From positions 5,251 to 69,250 of the IMG/VR virus record IMGVR_UViG_3300030433_002548: DNA of 64,000 nucleotides; one strand, written 5' to 3'. Of the stretch, positions 57,601 through 64,000 are shown piece after piece. Made by a program: the position numbers and the translations under genes. How positions within the stretch are numbered: position 1 is the first letter of the stretch; each line of letters starts with the position of its first letter. Source of the stretch: a virus (lineage: Duplodnaviria; Caudoviricetes). The notes below the pieces were generated by a model, which worked only from the letters and a program-made list of their open reading frames with translations, was not told the origin of the DNA and searched no databases.

Positions 57601-59270
57601 ATAGAAGGACTTACATCACCAACACCACCAACTAATGGAAGTGCAAGAGTACACTTCCAGGCATATTGATCTGCTAACTTTTCATTTGTGGTGATACCTG
57701 TGATATCAGCTCCCATCCCAGAGTGAGATGTACAATAATAATATAAGGTATTTGGAGCATTATGTGGAACAGTGATGGTTGTTGCTGCACCTGTGATTGC
57801 TGCTACACCATTAACGTATTCTGATCCACCACCATGACTTCCGTTACTAGTCGCAGAGAATCTAAATGGGTGAGATGATACTGTGCTATCGGATGTATCA
57901 AAGGTATATGTAGCACCACGAATCAATCCTGTGATTGTATCTTGCTTGACTCCATCAATATAATACTTGTTTCCACCACCATCATTATAGACAGTGACAG
58001 CATATCCTACATTTTGCTTACTTCCAAATACACCAACTCCTGCCTGTGCTCCACCTTGAGTTGTATTCAGAATGGGTCTTACACCTGATACATTTGGATT
58101 ATCAAGTTCTAATGATCCACCAAAGTTTACTGGTGTCCAGTCATTTCCTTTTCCTGATTGATCTTTACCGATTGGTGAGTTTCCATCCATCGGGAGGTAG
58201 AAACTGTTAGCACCAGTGTCAGTAAGTCCATCAGTAAGTAGTTCGTATCCTCTCCCAGTGCCTAAGTCAACTTCAATACCTTTCATATAAACATATGGAC
58301 CATTACCACTATCATATGACCATTTTACATTATTAAATTGTCCATTAATAGTGATTTCATGAGTTTGATCTCCATTTGCTAAATTAGTTGTTACATCAGT
58401 ATCATTAACTTGTAATGTAGCACCATTTCCAGCAACTGAAAGAAAAGTATTTAACCTTACTTTTGCAACTGTTAAATTTTTTGATGAAATATCAAATGTG
58501 AGTGTATTGCCAACAGTGGGTCGGGTGCCACTAGTATAACTAGAACCAATAGTTCCACCAAAAGCATTAGAAAGAGGATATGTACTATCAACAGGTCCTG
58601 AAATAGAACTACTCCAAGTCGTTCCATCATTAACACTTAATTGTGTAAATGCTCCAGTATATTTTTTAGGTTTCCAAGTGTTGGTGAGTGGATCAGTAAA
58701 TCCAAAGTTTTCAGGTCCAAGTGATTGTCCGTCTATAAAATAGCACTGAGACATGGCACCATCAAATGGTTTTCTGTCATTATAAACTTCATGTCCAATA
58801 CGATGCGCTATATTTCTATTAATACCAGTGGATGTTGATAAATTAGATGAAAGACTCTGCAGTTGTCCATTAATATACAATTTTGCCTTTGGACTTGCAC
58901 TTTCATCGTGTCGCACCACCAGGTGATACCATCCATTAGTGTCCCTTAAGACTGCACTAGTTTCAGCAGAACTACTACCACCATCCCAATTGTTAAAGTT
59001 AAAAGTTGCGTCACTGGAATTTTGATTTAAGTATATCAATCCATATCCAGCATTATTAGTCGCAGTATGTGCGCTAAAAATGGCAAGTTGGGCATCAACA
59101 GTGCCTCTCTTTGCCCAACTACTCCAAGTCCAAACATTTCTATTCCCTGTAGAACTAAAAGTTTTGGATAGATATTGAGTTTTACCCTTATCAAACTTTA
59201 AACTACCATCAATAACCTGAGCACCAGTTGCCTTACTCGGGGTAATAACCTGAGGAATTGCAATACCCAT
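54666..59270 (-). CDS. Large multidomain virion adhesin-like protein (LamG/concanavalin-like x3, cupredoxin-like, SPRY)
   Basis: 1534 aa; WTWSSWAKR..GWYHLVV (LamG), HPFRF..YYYCTSHSGMG (cupredoxin-like), FTIEFW and FTMEAFV (LamG), GRWYWEF..GVALDMDAGTLTYYKNG (SPRY). Confidence 0.8.
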   Translation of the reverse strand: MGIAIPQVITPSKATGAQVIDGSLKFDKGKTQYLSKTFSSTGNRNVWTWSSWAKRGTVDAQLAIFSAHTATNNAGYGLIYLNQNSSDATFNFNNWDGGSSSAETSAVLRDTNGWYHLVVRHDESASPKAKLYINGQLQSLSSNLSTSTGINRNIAHRIGHEVYNDRKPFDGAMSQCYFIDGQSLGPENFGFTDPLTNTWKPKKYTGAFTQLSVNDGTTWSSSISGPVDSTYPLSNAFGGTIGSSYTSGTRPTVGNTLTFDISSKNLTVAKVRLNTFLSVAGNGATLQVNDTDVTTNLANGDQTHEITINGQFNNVKWSYDSGNGPYVYMKGIEVDLGTGRGYELLTDGLTDTGANSFYLPMDGNSPIGKDQSGKGNDWTPVNFGGSLELDNPNVSGVRPILNTTQGGAQAGVGVFGSKQNVGYAVTVYNDGGGNKYYIDGVKQDTITGLIRGATYTFDTSDSTVSSHPFRFSATSNGSHGGGSEYVNGVAAITGAATTITVPHNAPNTLYYYCTSHSGMGADITGITTNEKLADQYAWKCTLALPLVGGVGDVSPSIACTASSKTGSSDNLTFVGPGDMFYVKNSTFTGDGSSNSRVTFSSGSLPFGTGDFTIEFWGHFTATGDQGNRNARILTAQSESGTYVQFVSSTTTGKFQVKYNSGEPANISIDNSLVANRTRHYVYQRTGTTGQLIVDGVLYDTGTDNSNYADVGYQIGRYDASNGGASLHMADFRVYSGIQKYSTTGKSVGDKIFNPPSPSPDILPDTPSGVSGSSKLDKITDGAVAFDGTNDSLSIADHADFTFGSGDFTMEAFVYNKSSSYRSIVQKYGGNPSSSSWFWSMYNGQNQFYYYSGGNEPAVTSGQTHYNKWVHCAVSREGNTIRLFDNGELTGTLDVSSYDTMNDSTVPVDIGADYADNYDMDGFISNVRIVKGTALYTKKFTPPSAPLTNVTNTKLLCCQSPTSATEAAVSPSTPSVVNDAAATTFNPFNTDINTVRGQETGYCTLNPLHQKNATITENNLQAQVDSSGTNYVVGTIPVTSGRWYWEFTTVGSNNMMLGAAQVDASSYDISTGQVFYYYANGGNKYPGNSSYGSTLSVGDTLGVALDMDAGTLTYYKNGVSLGVAFNSGLSGKTIVPSIGTGGGSGSITRCNFGQKPFKFPPPDGFQPINAANVRPETVISRPDQYVGIVTYTGNNSARSITGYNFSPDLVFTKQRTNNGFPAWFDVLRGPTNALRSHSSQGTYTDSGLLTSFDSNGFSIGTAGDINSSNNYVGWCWKAGGSKNTFNVDDVGYATAAAAGLTGGDITPTGASVGTKQGFSIIKFTGSASGTPSISHGLSEAPNFIIQKDTGATTSWRLFMYNGTTWSIMNLDDASGAQGATETAPTSSLFYVNGNGNAANTQIAYLWHDVPGLQKFGTFEGNGNSDGPFIELGFRPSIILMRNLDNYGTNYDWCMYDNERAKFNPNDKFLAINLSVAENVRGDDSTDNSRDVDFLSNGFKIRNTASTLNLNSHTIFYAAWAEAPTVDLFGGGANAR

Positions 59271-59283
59271 TTACCTATCCTCC

Positions 59284-60720
59284 TCAGCTATAGTTCAGTG
59301 CAGCACCCGCAAGCAACTGCGTTCCTCCTGCTCCTACTCTATTTACCGTGAATGAAATCAAACTGATTGCACCATCTGCTGTAGGCATACTTGGATCTGC
59401 TCCTGATGGGAATAAGAAGAATGTGCTGAATCCAACTGTGGTAATACCAGAGTTGATGATTCTAACTGTATGAGAGTCTCCTTCTGTTCCACCCTTAACA
59501 GTAATCGTAGAGATACCAGATACTGTAAGTTTATGATCTTGTGCTGAACTCAAGTCCAGTGTGGTTACAATACCAGAAACTGAAGCAGCAGCGGTAGAAA
59601 TACCAACTGCAAGACCAGTCAGTCCTGAACCATCACCTGTGACAGCAGTAGCCGCAAGAGTTCCAGTGACTGTTACACCAGTCGCTGAGGTAGCAAGTTT
59701 TTCACTGTTGTCATATCTAAGCGATACTGCACCATTTTGTGATGCTTGAATTATAAACTCATTATCATCAGCGTTTTTAACTTGGAAATAGTTTGTATTT
59801 AATTGTAAAATTCCAGTTCCAACGTCTTTGATGAAACTATTACTACCATCATGATAAATCTGTAGATCACCATCATTTCCAAACTTTGCTCTCACATCGT
59901 CAGCAAGAGTCAATCCTCCACCAACTGTTGTTATTCCAGCGGTGACATGAAGTCCACCAGCAGTGATACTTACACCGCCACCGACAACTTTAACACCAGA
60001 TCTTGCAGTGACGATGCCAATAGAATCAACATTGGTGACATCATCATAAGTTAGAACACCACCAACAGTCAGATTACCAGTGATATTACCAGTGGTCATT
60101 GTGATGGCAGTACCAATCACATTCTCTGTGTTAGCAACACCAGTCAGACCAGAACCATCACCAAAGAAACTATTTGCAGTGACAACACCAACATTCAGAA
60201 CTGCTGTGTTATTAGAGTCAGCAGCACCAGTAGCGTTTGTTGTGCCAATACCAACACTGGTTGTAGTGCTAATACCAGTGTCGTTCGCAGAGAACTTACC
60301 ACCAGCAACGCCAGTCAGTGCTGAACCATCACCAATAAAACTAGATGCCGTGACAACACCAGTATAATGTGCTGTGACAGCAGTGGTGTGTCCAACAACA
60401 GTTAAGTTACCACCAACAGTGAAGTTGTCATTAGCATTTGTTACGTTGGCAGCATTAAATGCTTTATATGCGACTGCCTCAATGACATCGCCACTTTGTG
60501 CTCCACCACCTGATACATCAAAGGTGGATCCATTATTGGCGTCATAATCCTGTCCCTCAATCTGCTTAGCGCCATTGAAGAAGACATCTAGGTATCCAAT
60601 CGTATACCCCGATGCAAAGGTAAACGTAGTTGTGATTCCAGTGGGTTGAAATGTCTGTCTAGCAACAACAACCGAGGAATCACTCGGTGCTCTTCCAATA
60701 TATCCGTTTCTATCTGCCAT
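59284..60720 (-). CDS. Tail-fibre-like protein with A'-type C-terminal domain
   Basis: 478 aa; GYLDVFFNG..DY N-domain, YDDVTNVDSIGIVTAR, FGNDGDLQIYHDG repeats, C-terminal TTLDLSSAQ...ISLISF. Confidence 0.8.
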   Translation of the reverse strand: MADRNGYIGRAPSDSSVVVARQTFQPTGITTTFTFASGYTIGYLDVFFNGAKQIEGQDYDANNGSTFDVSGGGAQSGDVIEAVAYKAFNAANVTNANDNFTVGGNLTVVGHTTAVTAHYTGVVTASSFIGDGSALTGVAGGKFSANDTGISTTTSVGIGTTNATGAADSNNTAVLNVGVVTANSFFGDGSGLTGVANTENVIGTAITMTTGNITGNLTVGGVLTYDDVTNVDSIGIVTARSGVKVVGGGVSITAGGLHVTAGITTVGGGLTLADDVRAKFGNDGDLQIYHDGSNSFIKDVGTGILQLNTNYFQVKNADDNEFIIQASQNGAVSLRYDNSEKLATSATGVTVTGTLAATAVTGDGSGLTGLAVGISTAAASVSGIVTTLDLSSAQDHKLTVSGISTITVKGGTEGDSHTVRIINSGITTVGFSTFFLFPSGADPSMPTADGAISLISFTVNRVGAGGTQLLAGAALNYS

Positions 60721-60721
60721 A

Positions 60722-61261
60722 TCAGGAGACTCCTGTCAGGATGCTGAGTGATGCGTCGATTGCGCTTGTCGTATCACAATAGATTCTCAATTCATCAGTT
60801 GCCTCAAGTAATGTCTTACCTGTATCTGAGATGACGAATGAACTTCCAGCAGGAACAGGAATCTTACTCGCAATGGCAACGGTGATTCCAGTGCTGGCAT
60901 CCAGCGTCTCTAGTGTCAGATTAACTGAGTTGTTGGTGTTATTAGCGAATGTTCCACCAATCAAAATACTCTTGGTTGCTGCAGGTGATGTATATGCAGT
61001 CGTAGGACCAAGGAATCTAACCGTTTGATTAGATGCCGCTGCAGTGTTGGTAGAAGCACGATCAACAAAGATCGTAGTGCCACTAATTGAGTGAACTCTG
61101 GTTCCGGCAATAAAGTTGCCGTTGTCAACCAAATCAGAAACACCAATACCAGTGTTTGCTGTCACCGTAATAGCGGTGCTAGCAATACCCACAGAGCTAC
61201 CTGAATAGGTGGTAACAATACCTGCCGCTCTCGTTAATTTATTTGAAAAAGCTTCTGCCAT
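60722..61261 (-). CDS. Beta-rich adaptor-like structural protein (type B-like, larger)
   Basis: 179 aa; YTSPAATKSILIG...IPVPAGSSFVI...LLEATDELRI. Confidence 0.7.
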   Translation of the reverse strand: MAEAFSNKLTRAAGIVTTYSGSSVGIASTAITVTANTGIGVSDLVDNGNFIAGTRVHSISGTTIFVDRASTNTAAASNQTVRFLGPTTAYTSPAATKSILIGGTFANNTNNSVNLTLETLDASTGITVAIASKIPVPAGSSFVISDTGKTLLEATDELRIYCDTTSAIDASLSILTGVS

Positions 61262-61287
61262 TGTTCTTTAAGTGTTAAATGTATTTA

Positions 61288-62013
61288 TTAACCGCCGAGA
61301 GCGATTGCGAGTCCAAGTGAAACACCTGGTGCAATCGTTACCGATGCAATACCAGATGAAATATCTACGCTTTGAACGTTAGTACCAGATGTTGTTTTGA
61401 AATCAACTAGGGTAACACCCGTTCCAACAAAGGTGCCTTCAGATGCGACACCAATTTGACCAAGACCAATAAATGATGTTGCTGTAATAACACCAATAGC
61501 ATTGATGTCACTTGCAACATAAAGTTGACCACCAGTAGTGGTGATTCCACCGCTGCTTGCAAGAGTTGTAAATCCAGCAACTGTTAATGTATCAGTGACC
61601 GTAAGGTCCTGCATGTTGGCATCATCAAATGTGATGTCATCAACAAACAGGTCACCAGTGATTCTGGTATCACCATAAACATACAATGCCGTGGTGCCTG
61701 TACTAACAGGACCACGGACATCTAAAGTATATTCGGGGAAACCAGTTCTAATACCAACTGATTGTCCTGCACCAGTTGCAGAATCAGTTGTGACGACGAA
61801 CCCAGTGCCACCAGATCCAACCTTAAGATCTTGGGATAATGTAGTTACACCTGTAACACTGACATCTGTGACGCCAATGCCACCAAAAACATGGAGGGTA
61901 AATGAAGGTACAGATGTACCAACACCAACTCTACTATTATCTGCGTCTGCAAGAAGTAGATTGGTGTTGACCTCTAGACCATTTTTGACTACAAAATTCT
62001 TATTGACAGCCAT
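61288..62013 (-). CDS. Tail-fibre-like protein (MAVNKNFVVKNGLEV family)
   Basis: 241 aa; RVGVGTSVP..TLHV repeats, ends GVSLGLAIALGG. Confidence 0.75.
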   Translation of the reverse strand: MAVNKNFVVKNGLEVNTNLLLADADNSRVGVGTSVPSFTLHVFGGIGVTDVSVTGVTTLSQDLKVGSGGTGFVVTTDSATGAGQSVGIRTGFPEYTLDVRGPVSTGTTALYVYGDTRITGDLFVDDITFDDANMQDLTVTDTLTVAGFTTLASSGGITTTGGQLYVASDINAIGVITATSFIGLGQIGVASEGTFVGTGVTLVDFKTTSGTNVQSVDISSGIASVTIAPGVSLGLAIALGG

Positions 62014-62050
62014 TAGGGTTCACTCTCCCCCCATAAATTTTAACTATTTA

Positions 62051-64000
62051 TCAAGTTACTACTCTTAATACTACACGGGCATTGCCATCACTACCACCCA
62101 AGTCAGCATCAACAACAGTGACAGATCCATCAGTATAACCCGATCCTCCACCACCACCTGAGTTGCTGCTTCCGCCATTACCACCAGTTGCACCAGCACC
62201 TCCATCACCACCACCAGAATCTCCTCTACCATCAGTTTGGATGATATTGTATCCATCCTTATATCCTCTGGTGATTGATCCAGTATTGGTAACTACAGTT
62301 CCATCGGAGATACGTGCTTGACCTGCTGTGACATCCTCACAAGCAGTAAATCCCTCACTTCTCCAATATACACCTCTCGAACAAGGGAGTGTTCTACCTG
62401 CAGTGGGGGTAGGAGACTTCGTATCGGGTGAAGTGGCAGTCAGTGTGGTCCTTGATCCAAATATTCCGGTTGATGGTAGTGTACCAGCTTCAAATGCATC
62501 TCCACCTACACCTGCAGATCTACCTCTTCCTTCTTCACCAGCGATACCAACCCCACCACCGCGACCGCCACCAGCGGTTGCACCAGCATCGCCACCACCA
62601 CCAACAGCAGCAATTAATTGTGCTTTTCTATAAACAAATGGTGCATTGACCGATGTGGACAATCCAGTAATTACATACTCAACGTTCTGCTCCATTGTAA
62701 AGCGGATACGAGAATATCCACCCTGTCCACCTTGATACGCACCTACATCATAACCTTTACCACCATAAAGGTCCATCTCAACAGCGATATCTTTATCTGG
62801 TGAATAAATGCTGTAGAAGTTTGTAATTCTTGACTGAGCGGCATCACTTCCTGTGGTATAGAAAGTATAATCACCATTAAAGAGATTAATTGATGATAGT
62901 GTTGCTGTGTTTGCAATACCAATAGCCTCGACATTTATATTAAACTGATTTGCATCAGAAACTGCAGCAAAATTAACAGTATCACTAGTTAAAGGAGAGT
63001 TTGTAGCATCAGATTGAGATATTGTAACTCCTAAAGTTTGAATACCAACACTGTCAGATCTAATCGTCAAAGTATCTGTCTTAGTCCCAGATACAACGTT
63101 TGTGACTGTTCTTGCTGTAAGACCAGATATCGATGTATTTGTATTAAATTTTAAATTTATATATCCATCACCATCATTCTCCCACTGACCGACAATTCCT
63201 GCAATATCTTGAACCCATTGCGAACCTGCACCATCACCGCCAGTTCCACCTTGCTGATTGTCTGAACCATCGTTTCCACCACCACCGCCAGTGGCACCGC
63301 CGCCACCGCCGCCGCCACCAGCACCATCACCAGATTGAGTTTGTCCAGATGAACCATCACTTATTGGAATAGATGAAGTTTGAGTAAATGTTCCTGCCGT
63401 TCCTCCACCACTTCCTCCGTGATTTAATGAACCACCTCCACCTCCACCGCCGCCTCCAGCGACAATAGTATATCCACCTTCATCAGGGTCAAATACTCCT
63501 GAGGCACCACCGCCTCCTCCACCACCACCAGAGAATCCAAGTGGTCCCGCACCACCACCATCACCACCATCTGCTACGGTGCTTGATCCAGCAGTTCCAC
63601 CCGCCTCGGCGTTTCCACTAGTTCCATCGTTACCACGATTTCCCACTCTCATAAAAAGAGTTCGGGCACCATCTGGATATGTGAACTGGCCTGCTCTTCC
63701 ATTTCCGCCACTTCCTCCCGTTGCACCAGCATCATCACCACCACTTCCCCCCTTACCACCCGCTACAGTGATGACAACATTTGTTGCATCAGATGGTAAT
63801 GTGACGGATTCATCAGAAGTATAAGTAACATCAAATTGATTAGATGAAAATTCTGTCGTTACTGTTCCATCATCAATTTCATTGCCGTCAAGTGACCATT
63901 GGAATGTAAGTGGATTTTCATTAGTAGAATCACTTAGATTTGATACCACACTAAAATTAGTGTCTGTATCAATCAAAGCCTGTCTATTAGTCGGTTGAGT
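62051..64000 (-). CDS. Ig-like plus glycine-rich virion protein, 5' end beyond window
   Basis: The frame stays open upstream of the track's TTG at 63976 (TQPTNRQALID...). LTFQWSLDG Ig-like strand, then two Gly-rich domains. Confidence 0.75.
   Translation of the reverse strand, partial: TQPTNRQALIDTDTNFSVVSNLSDSTNENPLTFQWSLDGNEIDDGTVTTEFSSNQFDVTYTSDESVTLPSDATNVVITVAGGKGGSGGDDAGATGGSGGNGRAGQFTYPDGARTLFMRVGNRGNDGTSGNAEAGGTAGSSTVADGGDGGGAGPLGFSGGGGGGGGASGVFDPDEGGYTIVAGGGGGGGGGSLNHGGSGGGTAGTFTQTSSIPISDGSSGQTQSGDGAGGGGGGGGATGGGGGNDGSDNQQGGTGGDGAGSQWVQDIAGIVGQWENDGDGYINLKFNTNTSISGLTARTVTNVVSGTKTDTLTIRSDSVGIQTLGVTISQSDATNSPLTSDTVNFAAVSDANQFNINVEAIGIANTATLSSINLFNGDYTFYTTGSDAAQSRITNFYSIYSPDKDIAVEMDLYGGKGYDVGAYQGGQGGYSRIRFTMEQNVEYVITGLSTSVNAPFVYRKAQLIAAVGGGGDAGATAGGGRGGGVGIAGEEGRGRSAGVGGDAFEAGTLPSTGIFGSRTTLTATSPDTKSPTPTAGRTLPCSRGVYWRSEGFTACEDVTAGQARISDGTVVTNTGSITRGYKDGYNIIQTDGRGDSGGGDGGAGATGGNGGSSNSGGGGGSGYTDGSVTVVDADLGGSDGNARVVLRVVT

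Noticed and set aside
30816-63824. Many 60-170 aa ORFs overlapping the Gly-rich genes in other frames or on the plus strand (e.g. 31086..31556, 34942..35448, 52073..52504)
   Set aside because: Shadow frames of GGT/GGA codon runs (Val-rich or Pro/Thr-rich, no RBS or promoters); not evidence of overprinted genes
30823-64000. Diversity-generating retroelement or invertase-driven shuffling of tips
   Set aside because: No reverse transcriptase, recombinase or near-identical template/variable repeat pair seen in this window
1-64000. tRNA, rRNA, intron or homing endonuclease
   Set aside because: No cloverleaf, GIY-YIG, HNH or LAGLIDADG signature recognised by eye; a tRNAscan/Infernal run would be needed to exclude them

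Overview
This 64-kb window looks like part of a large T4-like (myovirus) marine cyanophage genome. Almost all real genes are on the minus strand, and the many short overlapping ORFs in the track are mostly shadow frames. Three zones are visible. (1) 1-15.9 kb: baseplate genes (a giant gp7-position protein of at least 3579 aa that runs off the window, gp6, gp25), conserved hypotheticals, and a cluster of near-consensus sigma70 promoters, one pointing on the plus strand into an ORF-free AT-rich gap. (2) 16.2-30.5 kb: an early region of about 50 small genes. It has 12 copies of a two-box palindromic promoter motif, a ligase-like nucleotidyltransferase, an SF2 helicase, an HExxH peptidase, and a cassette of MutH/Sau3AI-like nuclease + DGQH/ParB-like protein + adenine methyltransferase. 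(3) 30.8-64 kb: a late region that is a repetitive, modular fibre/adhesin array. Short fibre stalks (type A), small beta-rich adaptors (type B) and nine polyglycine-rich tip proteins (type C) recur in a fixed A-B-C order. Fusion variants suggest how the parts dock, nearly every module has its own TAAATA late promoter, and five 2OG-Fe(II) oxygenase genes are inserted mid-array. No tRNA, rRNA, CRISPR or clear mobile element was recognised. Family assignments come from motif recognition and memory, not database searches.
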